The position numbers and the translations under genes are program-made. A stretch of 64,000 bases of DNA from Lingula anatina (Eukaryota > Animalia > Brachiopoda), in contig CM120642.1 in NCBI GenBank assembly GCA_051362555.1, positions 15,562,001 to 15,626,000 on the forward strand. Reading direction: 5' to 3'. A model generated the notes under the pieces. That model ran no database searches and was not told where the DNA came from. It saw nothing but the letters and a program-made list of their open reading frames with translations. Positions 1-13,700 of this stretch are shown here, in pieces (the stretch's first letter is position 1; each line of letters starts with the position of its first letter).

Positions 1-958
1 GAAATTATGGTTAAGTAAGAACAGGATAGTGAAGTAAATTAATGTTGTGTAACAATGACATTTAGACATGAATTAGTCATATTTACAGCATGGATGGAGT
101 GAAAATATAGATGGAGCTTACCTGTTTAGAAGGAACTAACTTCTCATATTTTACTAACAACTTAAATTTCCCTTTTTATTTTACTGCTTCAACAAAGGTG
201 GTTGAAGGTATGCCCAATTGTTGCTGTACTTTGTAGAAATATTTTTTCTCCTCCTAGGCAACATTGGGTGTGCTCCGTTTTCAACAGATTTGGTTGATTA
301 GAACTTCAGGCCAGTACCCAAAATTTGTTAAAAGAAAAATTGGAAGCTCTTAAGGCATTGATTTGTATGTTTTGTTTAGTAAAATGATGACTTTCACAAT
401 GATGTTGAAGGAAGTGGTACCACAGTATGTTAATATTAGATATCCCAGTGCAGCAGCATTAGAACTCTTTAATACCACATTGTCACGTCTAAGCTTTTCA
501 TGTAACTTATATTGCATGGCATAATATTATGGTTTATAACTTAATCATTAACCATTACAACTGGAAAACTGAGGAAGAGGCCTTATACCTAATTGATATT
601 ATTGGTCACTTACAATTTTGATTATTATATTTCAAATTAAAGCACATCACATTCATTTTGGTGCTATTAGTCCAAAATTGTTTGTTCATGCTCTCTCTTT
701 TTGCAATTTTTATTATTACAAAAATTTGATTTGATGAAAATAATGCATAATTTGACAGTGGAGTGGGTGGTGTATTTACCAAAACTAGGTTAATTTTGCA
801 ATATTTTAATTGAGAGACAGCAATTTATGCAATGTTGACCTATTATTTACAAATAATGCCATTTTATGTTAACATATAATCTCTGTATTTATATGCTGCT
901 TTCATTTCCAAAAATGTTATATGGAAAATGTATTTCATACTCTCATTGTTTCTGTTAG

Positions 959-2778
959 GCCACTTACCATGGGAGAGATTGGTTGTTTCCTCAGCCACTA
1001 TTTCATATGGGAAGATGTAAGTGATTTTCATTTTGAATACTATTGTTGTATAGTTTTACCAACAAAGTATGGGAGGGTGTGCCCAGAAACAGCTTAGTCT
1101 GTCTCAGGGGTTTTCACAACTTTTCCATATTTTCATTCCATACAAGTGACCTATATGTTCATATTATAACAGACTGTCACTTCTTGATTTCACTGCATAT
1201 ACTTAATTTTGGGGTGAGTGGGTGCATTTTCATTTTAGATGGAACCAAATTGTAATGCCACAAATTTCAGTTTTTAAGTCCTAAATGTGTGAAGTTAATA
1301 ATTCATATTGTTTTATTTTTTCCTTCCATTTGGTTTTATAACAGAAAAATTATTCATATTGATGATTTTTTTGTTCTAGGCAGCAAAAAACAATTACCAG
1401 AAAGTCCTTGTGTTTGAGGATGATGTGAGATTTGAGCCATTCTTTGTCACAAAGCTGCAGTCTTTACTTAAAGAAATTGAAGACAATAAACTGGAATGGG
1501 AATTAATGTAAGTGTAGATTTTTATATTGAATGGCTTTGCTGGGAATGGGAATTAATGTAAGTGTAGATTTTTACATAGAATGGCTTTGCTGAAATATAA
1601 GCAGTTAAACAACATGTTACTTTAAGGGTTATCTTTCTCTGTAGAGACTGTATATTATACCTATTCTTTATAGTGACTAGAGAGAAAGTATGTAGCCAAG
1701 GTTCAAAACTATATGCACTTAGGTGTTGTTCCTTTCTGTTCAAGTTTCATTCACAGGCTATAATTGTTAATGATTTTCAATTTTAAAAAATTATCACCTA
1801 GTCAAACTTGGGCATGTCAAAGTTTTTCTTCTTACTGATACATCGATAAGTATATAATTAAAAAAAATAAAAATTATTTGTAGTGATTCTTGCATTACAG
1901 CTACCTGGGTAGAAAACGGATGTGGCATGCTGATGAACCGCCAGTGGATGGTTTCCAGAGTCTAGTATGGGCAGATTATTCCTACTGGACGCTCAGTTAT
2001 ATGGTTTCTCAACAGGGGGTCAAGAAACTGCTGGACCAGAAACCATTGGGAAAGATGTTACCTGTGGATGAATACATCCCCATTATGTTTGACAGACATC
2101 CAGAGTAAGAATATCTTATTGGTTTTCATTAAGGGTACTCTATGAGGGATTATAATCTATAAGCAATTTTTTGTACTGAGGAGTCACTGCTCGACCTGTC
2201 CCTGGACTTTGATTTAATGTTTTATTCAACTTTTAATTTTAATGATTTATTTCTAAATGTCTGGTCAGTCATTTAGAACACTGTACATTTCAGAGGGAAT
2301 TATTGATGTCAGGTACTTTCATACAAGGAGTTTAATAGTTTCTAGGTTGGGTAAGATTATTAGCTCTGAAGAATAAGGTACGGAGACATAGAAAAAATTT
2401 ATATGATTTTGGGAAATTTTCAAATATGTACAGTATACCTTGAAAGACTTTGGGGATAGAGAGCACTTTGGTCCAGGATTGAAATGCTATTTCAGAACAG
2501 CATAAGTAATTTTTTTGGTACCATTTAAATGTATTTTTTTTTCCCATAGGGAAAAATGGAAGAATCAGTTTTCACCAAGGAACCTCAAAGGAATGTCGAC
2601 ATCTCCTTTGTTAGTTTTCCCCACACACTATACAGGGGAAAATAACTACATCTCAGACACAGAAGACTCTCATGTGATCAGTGAAGAACAAGATCATTCA
2701 AATGAGGATTTAGAAGGCAAACCAGAGGGACCAAGGTTACCCAACATTCTGGGACCGGATACTAGAGATGAATTATAG
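959..2778 (+). CDS. COLGALT1: Procollagen galactosyltransferase (GT25 family), last four coding exons; 5' part lies upstream of the window
   Basis: Exons 959-1016, 1380-1507, 1901-2104 and 2550-2778 join in frame through GT-AG introns: (R)PLTMGEIGCFLSHYFIWED / ...VLVFEDDVRFEPFF...WELI / YLGRKRM...YSYWTLSY...MLPVDEYIPIMFDRHP / ...PTHYTGENNYISDTE...RDEL*. GT25 motifs (GEIGCFLSH, EDD) and a C-terminal RDEL ER-retention signal are present. COLGALT1 versus COLGALT2 cannot be resolved. Confidence 0.93.
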
Positions 2779-5700
2779 TGAAGATTCAGTGTATGTGGTT
2801 CCATCTCACACAGCTATTAGAATTTTTTTTTCTTTTTAAGAATCTCCTTAAGTATACTTTTTTTTCCACAGGTCAAAGACTCTGAGATAACCACTCATTT
2901 AGTTTTCTTTTATATCTGTTTGAAATTTTTTTAAGTTAAGATATCATTTGAGAAACGTTTGGAATTTTTATCGGAAATGTCACAATTTCAGTTTAATTAG
3001 ATTCAAGCAAAACGGTAATATTAACCTTTTGTCACTAGTATAATTGTTTTATTTTTTAATGCACATTTTAAGGCAATGCAAATGTACATAACTGTATGAT
3101 TAATTAGTTGTTTAGACTGTATTTCAGTGCAATTTAGTCGATACCAGTGTCATAGCATTGAAAATGATGGTACCTATAACATTTTCAGCTTACTTGGGCT
3201 TCCTAGATACAAGTGGCTACCGAGAAAAAAATTAAACTTTTTTCTAATTTGTCAGCTTTCATGAGTATTGCATGATTGAATACAAATTATACTTGCCCAA
3301 CAGGAAAATATTACATATTAATTTGTTTAAGTGACATTACTTTGTTTTTAGAAAAGTGTACTAGATTTTTTTTTTTTTCAAATAAATTGTGGTAACTTTT
3401 GTAAATAATAATATGAAAGTTCCCAATATGGCATTTGTCATTACTTTTTGTCTTACAAAATACTGAAAGAAAGTAGTTAGAATAGTTGAGTTTGTTTTAT
3501 GGATTTTTATTTATGAAATTGCAATCAATAAATTCTCACACAGACTCCATTCTCGAAGTTATATGTGGAATATTGGATCAGAAAAGTTATCAATCAGGTA
3601 TAATATATTGTGATGTCTCTTTCTTTTGGGTAGCATGTTTATGGTGAGATTTTTTGTGTTATGTGATCATGGCCTTTTTATTCATTCTTTCTTTTTCTGG
3701 GGTCCTCTTAACCCCACTATGCTTATTATAAGATATTGATTGTGAGCCTATCTATCAAAGTTTTGTGTAGAAATCCTCCCCTAGCTTTATATGTGTCCAG
3801 CAAATAAATACAACATACTTTTACTGTGTTTCCATGTTCCAAAGCCTGATATAGATTTAAACTAATGTAGACTATGTATAATTATGTAAATTATGCAGAC
3901 TGATATTTTAAGAGAAAGAGGTTTCTTTCCTTACATCTTGATGAGATACTATTTAGGTTGAGATTTATAAAATCAAAAGAAAACTCTAATCTAGAGTAGA
4001 AATATGTGAAACTGATTACATTTAGATATAAACATAAAACGTCAATAATTTTTTACAGGGGCACACTCCCACATTTATTTGTAACAGTAAGAGGTTCTGC
4101 AGTACTCAAAATGGAGTCCATTTACTAAAGTGGTTAGTTATTTGTTATAATTGTTTGTGTTTTGCAGCTCTGAGGGGTTATTTTTCTGCTATATGGCAAT
4201 CATTAGGAAATTATTTTTTGGGTTATTTGTTTAAAGTGTGTTTGGAAAAATGCTATGGCGCACACAGGAATGCGCAGGCACGTGCAGATGTTAATATATA
4301 TTCGTAGCAGGGTGTGCAGTACTCGAGTGGAGTCCATTTATTTAGAGTAACTTGTAAGTCAGGTCATTAATTTTTCAGCTTGGGAGGTTTTATTTTTATG
4401 CAGTATTGCAATAATTAGGGAATGGTTTGGGGGCTTTGGCAAAATGCTAGGAATTGAATTTGTCTGCTTTGTTTGTTCTGTCTTTGTAGATTTTGCATAG
4501 GGAATTCACGTTTAGGTAATATAGCAAACTGTACAGCATTACTTTTAAAGTTTATAAATCGAATGCAACTGAACTTTGACTGTGAAAATGTATGAATGTG
4601 TGTAAGTGCTTAGTTATGTGATATTGTTGGAAGATTGCTTTGTAGATATCAAGCTTTTTGTTCTGAACATAAGGTGATTTGTAAAGTAAATTTACTCTGT
4701 ACAAAACTTTTTTCCATTGTAAAAATACTCCAACCAAAAGTTACTTCAGTTATGACAGAATGATTGCTAGACACATTCACTTTGATTTTTAGCCTTGTTT
4801 TCATTAGAATCTTCTATACAACAATTATCAAACAATAAAAAAATACTCCAAATGTTACTTTGACAGAAGATAAGTTGGTATGTGGCTGAAGTTATGTTTG
4901 TGCAAAAAAAGTCTAAATTTGTCATTATAAAAGCAATAAACATAGGTTTAAAATATTTTAGCTTGTAGTTTGGTCAGAAAAACTATGTATATGACTGTAT
5001 GAGAGTGTGGTAGAGGGTATGGGAAGTTGTGATATTAGACTAGTCAATATAGTTGTTGTTTTTTTTTTTTCAATCATTAGCTTTCGAATTAGAATAGTTA
5101 CATAATTTTAGTGGTCAGAATCATGACAAGCATTGTTAGAATTTGGGTTTAAAGAAAAAGCCAGAATAAAGCACAGTCTTGTGCTTAAGAATAAATGTGT
5201 ACTTTGTTGTTTACTGATAGTAATCTGCATATTAATGTACTGATGGTGACTAGTTTTTCAAGTAAACAAAATTTCCAACAGCATTTTTCTTCAAGTCAAA
5301 AATAATTTAGTTTTTTTTTTTTTTTTTAAGTTGAGTAATAGGTTTCGGTCTACTTTCATGTAGAAAGTTCATGCTGGTAATGGTTTTATAGAGTTCAAAA
5401 CCATATTTTCCCGTACTGGTTGTTTTTGTAGATAAAGATAAGTGGATGAAATTCGCGTATAATCATCTTTTCAGAGATTAATTATACCATGAGTATATAT
5501 ATATATTATGACTTTATTAAAAAATTGCAAACAAAAGAAATGCTACTTATGTTTTGTAAAGGATGATCATGATAAAAGTTTGATGAATGCTTCTCATGCA
5601 TAAATTGCATTAAAATTAAGAGTTAATTTTGTAAAGTCCGTCCATTCATCCACATTGTCTTGACATGATTTATATCAGTGCTTATTTCTCTGGCACCATT

Positions 5701-6067
5701 CCAAAATACATTACTGAAAATGTTCAATTAAGACAGCCAAAGTTGACTTGTATGTGGATTCGTGAAATGAGATGAGATGAAATCCTTAGAAAAAAAAAGT
5801 TTAACTTAAGCATCAGTGATGTAAAAAATGGAATGGTCTGCAGTGGTATTACACACCTTTACTAACGTTCCAAATGCTCTTTTAAGAGAGACAGTATAAA
5901 ACTTCGATGTCAATAACAATATGTTGTTTTTCCTGTGCAGTTTGTATAAATATAATTCTTTAAATGGCAAAAGAGACAGGATTATTAGAGATGAGACTAG
6001 AATGGACAAGTGATCTCCATTCCTCTTCTTTGGCTCTGAAAAGCTGTTGGAATGTGGCAAAAACAAG

Positions 6068-6697
6068 TCATGCACTATTTGGTATGGCTCCAACCTTCTT
6101 CAGCATTTCCTTTAACTTTCCTGATTCATGATTTCTTGTTATTTCTTTTTCACCACCGGCATATTTGCCATCCACAAATAATTGTGGCACCTGAAACAAT
6201 AATGTGAAATAATGAGTTCTATTGAAAAAAATACTTAATGTTTTGAGTGCAGAAAGTCAAAATTTTACTCAAAATGTTAATCACCATCTTGGATGAAAAA
6301 CTGGTTTGCCTACAGAAAAAGCTATTTGCATTAATCAAGTAAAGTAGCATGTTTCACTAAGTAATTTCTAGTTGTCTAAGATCTACCGGTATATTGTAGA
6401 ACAAATGACTTTTTTTAATTAAAAAGATACACTTACAAAACTTGATTCAATTTTACTTACCGCCCTGCTATCAGTTAAACAGATTATCTGGAAATAATTC
6501 TCAATTTGTGTAACATCTTGTCTGCATTCGATCTCCGCTACTTCATAAATCTGTGGGGACATTTTATATTCATCCAGGTAAGATTTAATACGTTTACATT
6601 CGGGATCGTAACTTCTAGAGAATAACATCACTTTCCTTTGACTAATCTTATTGTCTACAAACGGTTTTGAAGATACTCCACACCCGACAACAGCCAT
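6068..6697 (-). CDS. Glutaredoxin-like protein, 119 aa, 2 exons, atypical DPEC active site
   Basis: Exon 6697-6461 (MAVVGCG...KVMLFSRSYDPECKRIK...TDSRA, GTAAGT donor) joins exon 6190-6068 (VPQLFVDGKYAGGEKEITRNHESGKLKEMLKKVGAIPNSA*). The cis-Pro VP, GG and SGKL..ML motifs are those of class I glutaredoxins. Confidence 0.88.
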
Positions 6698-6916
6698 TGT
6701 TATCTTTAGAATCCTCGGACAGGTCCTATTTAAGGAGTTTTCCAAGGATTTCCAGAGCACCTGTCCTTGTTACGCTTGCTGGTATCTAAGGAATCACGTG
6801 ACATAAGAGGGGGAATTCCCAAGGACTTTCTTACCTCCCACAAGTAAAGAACTGCTGAAGAGAGAACTAGCCTGACAGAGTTTAGGGTAAATAACGTTGC
6901 TGACTGTGATGTAGAA
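6698..6916. promoter_or_regulatory. Compact bidirectional promoter (glutaredoxin-like / TMEM175) with a CLEAR-like E-box and a kappaB site
   Basis: The two ATGs diverge 220 bp apart. TCACGTGAC lies at 6794-6802 and the palindrome GGGAATTCCC at 6811-6820. Further kB-like motifs: GGAGTTTTCC (6734), GGATTTCC (6746), GGACTTTC (6823). Confidence 0.6.
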
Positions 6917-7742
6917 ATGGATAGCAGTGCCTCAAGTTTTGAAAACCGCGTCCCAAGCTCAGGTCGCGTTGCTGCATACTCAGACGCTGTGTTTTCAATA
7001 ATTGCCACGGTTATGGTAAGATGAAGGTTTTTGACGTAATTTTTTCATAGTGTATTAATTATTATGATCAGTGCTGTCAGTGACGTATTCCAGGAGCGTG
7101 ACACTGACTCATGAGGTTGCTGTACAACAAAACATTACAGTGGGCTTTCATTTCAAATAACTTAAACGTTTGATATGCTGCACGTGCATTTAAGCCCTAT
7201 TTACTCTGACTATCCGTATTATCTTGACCCCCACACCCACCCCGCCCCACCCCCCCACCCCCACCCATCCACCACCATGACCTGCTGATGGTTTATAGTT
7301 ATGGAAATTACTTACAAAGCTTGTCAGTTCTCCTTTAATTTAGATAATGAAATACATGGATATTTACGCTAAGGCTTAATTATAAGTTTAAGAATTTCTG
7401 CACCAAGTATTCTTAATTTTAAGCTTCCAGTTAACAGGATGTAGTGCACATTTTAACAATATTTATATTATTTTTTATTTCAAGTCAGGTATAATTAAAC
7501 TATTGAGAATATTACTCCAGTTTGCAGGTGTTTTCTGGTCGAAGATGAAAGATCTACATGTATCTACATATGTGATGTATACAGCTATGTGTATTAGTAT
7601 AGTATTTTATTTATGTCAATTTGTATTTTTCTGTGCATTCTGAGTCTTATAAATATTTCAGATTCTTCCAGTTACTCACACTGTAATTCCAGAAAATAAG
7701 GTGAGGCATGACATAACATTGTTTGTGACAATATGTATAATT

Positions 7743-7788
<46 letters not shown>

Positions 7789-10700
7789 AGATTTACACTT
7801 AATTTATTATGCATTAGTTTGCAATGAATTCCTTTAAGAATTAATCTTTCTATTACCTCTGCCTGTCATTAGGTTGTAGGGTGGAGGCATGTTAGTTTAT
7901 ACCATATACTTGGTATCTAACAGCAAACTATCCACATTTATATTTAAGCCTCCACCCTCTTATTATAACTTTTGTGACCATGGGATCTGTCTCTTCATTA
8001 TTTTAGGATCTTCGCTCAACCTTGATACGTCTTATCCCAAATATTACAGTATACATAGTTTCTTACTTAATTGTATCAGGAATATGGATTTCTCATGTTT
8101 GGTAAGTTATAGTACTTGAAAAGTAGGATCAATATTTTAAACACGCACACATACCAGTACACAAACAATATGTTCAGCCAAATCCTATACCAAAACTGAC
8201 CATCTGTGTCAGTTGTGCAATATATGACAGGGGCGGATCCAGAGATATTTTCTGACAGTCTTCCAAATTATCTTTTTTGATCCATCCTCCATTTTTGACC
8301 ATCTTCCAACAGAAAAAATAGATATCCGTCAATGTAAAATTGAAAATCTGATCGTCTTCCAGAAGACCCAGAAGACAGCCTAAATCCGCCCCTGTATGAG
8401 CTCAGCTGAGGATGAGCTTCCCTTCTGTCTACAGTAGCTCATACAGCTATAGAAGTTACAATGTATGTAATAATAAGTAAAGCAAGAATCAAAAAAAGAC
8501 ATAAATAAATAAATAATCCAGTAATGGATGGTTGTATTTTTTAAACTCAAAGTTTTTTTTTCAGAGAAAAGACATTAACTTAGATTTGTTTCATGCTTTT
8601 TATTTACTTTTTTAGGCTGTTTGAAACAATCCAGAGAGCTGACGAGGTTGTTCTATTTTTAAATCTGGTAAAGTATGTTTGGTATTAAAAGTTGAATCAG
8701 TATTATTTCTAATAACTGTAGCTTGTTCACTTTATGTAGCTCTATTTTTCTTATGATTAAAGTATAATTTCTTCAAAAGCTGTATTTTATCTTTTACACT
8801 ACATGTATCAGTGACTACTTTTTCGTTCTCTATATAGAAAATTATGAAATATATGATATATTATATCTGTTCCTTAAGGAATCAAAATATAGTTTGTCCA
8901 GAAATGTATAAACAGAATCTGTTGTACATATAGCTATTTTTCTTTGAATACACTTCTTATACTTTGAATACTTTTATTTTATAGGCTTTGTTAATGGTTG
9001 TTACATTTACCCCTTTCGTGGTAAGTACTGAAAAAGAATAATTGTTATAAGGATAATATTTTGTACTTGTTTATTTGCATTTCTCCTATGTAACATTTGT
9101 ACTTGTATGAGAAACCATAGTGTATTATTATATAGTAAAAATTATATAATATTTCTTGTGAAAGAATTTTTTTGTGAAAGAAACCATAATAAATGTGTTT
9201 CTGGATATTTTTGCAGTTAATAATAGCTGGGTTTTTTCTTTCTGTGATTCTTCACCTTTAAAGTATGTAATTCAGGTACTGTAAACATGCAAGAGCTTTA
9301 GATTATTAAAAAAATTCAATTCAGTATCAAAAAAAAAAAAGTTTTTGAAGTGCTGGGTGATATTTGTACACATCTATGTACTAGTAAACTACACAGCAAT
9401 AACACTGCATATTTTATGTAATTTCAGTTCACACTTCTTGGACGATTTTCTGAGTCGATGGAATATTTGAAGGAATATGATGTTTTACCTGTGGTGCTGT
9501 TTGCTGCTACATTCATGTGCCTATTTGGAATACAGGTAGGACTTATTTACAATTTTAATACATCTTTTAGTGTGGGAAATTATGAGCTCTGCACATTGAT
9601 AAATGTTTTATACAGGTCTAGGTTGGAATAGGGCCTCATATTCTGTTTAAAGTTATACTAGTAGGTCATGATTTGTGAATCAATTTTGGCAGTGTTTAAT
9701 GAGAGCAAAGTAATAAAGTATATTACATATAGTGATGGCATTATCTTAGTGATATACCTCATGTAACTTATTTCCACCTAAAATTACAATATCTTTTATT
9801 TTAAAAGATTTAGTTTATGGTATAAACTATGTTGATCCAGGGGAGAGCAAGGGTCTGGAGGGGGGGGGGGTCCTGATCCAAATAATAATGGCATACTACT
9901 CATCTGTTTGTTTCTGCTTAGGAAGAAAGGTTGTACTGTGACCATTGGACACTACGTTTTACGTTTTCTATATTTTATCAAAATTTCATAAGAGTAGTAG
10001 TATGGTGTAGGGCATTCCCTCCTCTCTTCTTGACAGTCTGAATCCAATAGACTAAGTGTAAGATCTAAGTGAATTTATTTCATTTTTATATAACATATTC
10101 AATTGTCATGATTTAGTGTTTTTGTCTCTTACAGATAGTCCTTATTTATTATGTGTTCAGAGTGGAGAGGATAATGAAAGTAGAAGTTGTCCAAAATGAA
10201 GACAAGGTGAATATGTATATGGCATTTGTTTTTGATCAATTAATTTTATCAAGGGTCCTCATTCTTCAAACACTAATATTTAGTTAATAACAATTTAATT
10301 CTATTTGCAATATTTTTGTTGTGTATCTTTGTACGTATACAGCTATTATTGTCATACATTCAGAATTACAAACAATGAATTTTACTTTAAGGAACTGGAA
10401 ATACCATAACACCTGGTACATAAAACTAATATTTATTGTATGTATAAGTATCACTGGCTAAAAAAGTACACATTGCTTCAAGAAACACATGGAAATGGAC
10501 GATTTTTAATAAATAAGGCAAATTGTACATTTTCATTATGTCACTTTCAGATTCAGCGAAGAAATGCCATGTTGTGGGGCGCAGGAATTCCAATGATTCT
10601 CTGCATATTAGCCATCATCTGTGCCCCCATCTCACCCTTAGTGGTAGGCCATAGCATTTGATATAATAATTTTAATTATACTATATCAGGCATACATGTA

Positions 10701-13700
10701 ACTAGGAAGAGCTTTTCAGCATAGCTTACACATTATTTTTACAGATTTGTAGTGATTGATGCATGTACAGTTCAAATTTTGTTCCTTCAAATTCATTTAA
10801 AAATTACAATGAATTCCTAACGATCGTATTGTTTAAGCCTTTTACATTGGTTTCATTCTTGCTTTGTAGTAATTTACTACTAGAACTTTTAAGTTGAAAG
10901 GTTGTTCATGTATTGTCCAACACTGTTCTAGGGTTTAATAGTGCTTGCACTAATTGTTGCATCAGGTGCTATAAGGAAGTGGGCCTACAAGATATATGAA
11001 AAATACAGAGGTAGGTCCCAGTTGATATTTGTAATTTGTCCATATTCTGTGCAAGATACATGTATATCAAATATATATAACATCTTAAATATACTTCATT
11101 ATTCAGTGGGCTGTGAGAAATGTTTTGCTGGTGTTTTGTAGGAAATAGGGACAGCTCCATGCTCCTACATATAAATGTTAGACACAAACTTTTAAAGGAA
11201 GTTGTCAACAAAGAGAGAGTGGAGTGCTTCAGCGATGGAGTCTTTGCGATTGTTGCAACACTTATCATATTGGATATTTGGTCAGTATTTTGATTTTGTA
11301 AGTTTAATATAACTATTCCATTCTTGGTCAATGAGGAATTTTTTTACAAAATCTGTTGTATCAGTGAAAAAAGAATAAAAATCATACAATATTACACCAG
11401 AAAATTACCAGGGAAATGGAAAAATTAACTAGAACATGGTATACCAAGGCTATATTTTTTCTAATCCATGCCAAAACACCCATTGACAATTTTCCTCTGT
11501 GACCAGAACATGCGTGGAGCGGTTTTGTAAACTTCATGAGAATTGTTTTTAATGGGTTGTGTTTGCAGACAAAAACATACCTTGATGTCCGAAGTTTGGT
11601 GTGCAAACAGTGTATATCTTATATTTTCTTCTTTTAAGAAATATGCATAACTTATATTTTCTTGTTATTTAAGTTAACAAGGGGATAACGGATTATCATG
11701 ACTGACAAACCTTCAAGAATCTGACCCCAAACTACATGTAGAATAATACTGTGAAAAGGCTTGTGGTATAATGTACATTTTTAAACCCATTATTGGATTA
11801 TATTGCAGTGAAGATGACATCCCTACCATTGATGATGTCCGAAAGTTTGGTGGTGTTCCTGAAGCATTGTCTCAGCACAGTAACATTTATGTGGCTTATG
11901 CTGCAACTTTCATAGCAGTAGGACTGTTATGGTCTATGCATCATACACTTTTACATGTAAGCGGGTTTATTTTCATTTTTACAGCTCAACTTTCACTTTC
12001 ATTTGTACTGTGTCAGAAAAGCATACCTAGTTGTCCACTCCTGTAATCCATATATTCCATACACAACTCTTTGACTGATTTAATTTGTATGTATTGCTTA
12101 AAAAGTGAAAATGCTGGTAAGCTGTTTTATTTAGTGATCATATATGTTTTTTAAACAGACTCTGACCCAATTAAATCAAATTGATCCCTAAATTAGTTGT
12201 ACATATCTTTTCAGTATATTATGAATATGAACCGACTGATGGTTTTCTTCAATAACTTGGCATTGGCCTGTATCGGCCTCAGTCCTCTGGCATTCAAGAT
12301 GACAACTGCATTTGAAGATCATGTAAGTTTTCTCCCATATTTATTTTTTAGTCTTCATTTTCTCACCCTTCTGAAGAGGTGCTATTATTCTAAAAATATT
12401 ACTCATTAACAGAAACTTATTGTCACTGTGAAAAAATCTAATATCAGTTTTTTTAATCCAGATATGAATTCTAGTTGTAATATTCATTCATTCTAATTCC
12501 ACTACATTAAAACAGCAATTTTACATTTTTTAGACTTCAAATGTTTCACAGTTGATATGTGAAGACCTGTAAAAGTGTCCTGTCTTGCGTTAGGAACCAT
12601 GTATTCAATATCATCACAACATTTTTCTTTACAGAAATTTGGTAACAATAGTATGACAGCTGTCCAGTTCAATACAGCCATCTTATTCCTGGCAGCCATT
12701 TTCCAGGTGGCAGTATGGGTGACGGCTCTCTTTCACCAGTAAATATGTTATTTTAGATAAGAGTGAAATACTATTTTTAAATGTAAAAAAGTACTTCCCT
12801 CAAAGATATCCAGATGTGATTTTATTAACCTTTTAATGATCATAAACCTTTAACTTATAAATAAGAAAAATCTTTTGAGGTTTTATTTAACAGCAACGTG
12901 TCAATTGTTTCACTGCAGATATCAATAACCTAAATAAGTGCAGTTAAATTTTTTAATCCATATAACGTGTTAAGTTTTTCATTGGTGTAAATAGTATGCA
13001 AATGTTTTGTTTTTATAGGAATGTTCACGTGACACAGGAAGCAGCCTATTCTGGCAGAGACCATGCCTACATCACCATAAAATTGTCCATCTTTCCACTC
13101 CTTAGGTGAGATATTCTTTACCAACCTTTCTTTGCTTTCTCCTGGCATTGAGCAGAACACAGAAAAGCTGGTGTTTATATGAGTGCATTGAAAACAAGAG
13201 GAGGCGTGTTCATCTGTTAAACTGATTGCATTCAGCAAGAGGGTTGGATGGATTTAGATAGACCAATAGTTTCAGTAGGAATGAGCCCTGAGTGAAAGAT
13301 TTGTCACAATCCTGTACATGAGGTGATTAGAAGTACTTGTTATGACAGCTTATCATGCTATTTGTTTTTAATTTGTGTTTTAATGAAAGTTCTCATCTTC
13401 CAGTTTGCTGATTTACTTCATGAGTTTTGCATCAGAAGTTATATCTGTCACAGTTTTCAATGCGGTAAGAATCATGAATGTTTGTCCATAATTTTCTATT
13501 AGTAAGCTAACATCTCATTTTTAACTGATATATTTAAATGATTTTAAGAATAAGAATTACAAAAATTTTTTAAGGACAGTAGTAAAAAATTAATCACTGT
13601 TTATAGTTATCTAGCTATGACACAAGTGTCAAGGGTATAATCAGTTATAAGCAGTTGCTGGCTGCTGAGCTGTAAATTTAAACATATATCAATTTAAACT

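Noticed and set aside
5806-6093. 95-aa ORF as continuation of the glutaredoxin
   Set aside because: It is in a different frame. The spliced frame stops at 6068 after a canonical Grx C-terminus.
6590-6620. Selenocysteine in the glutaredoxin active site
   Set aside because: The in-frame codon is GAT (Asp), and there is no in-frame TGA before the terminal stop.
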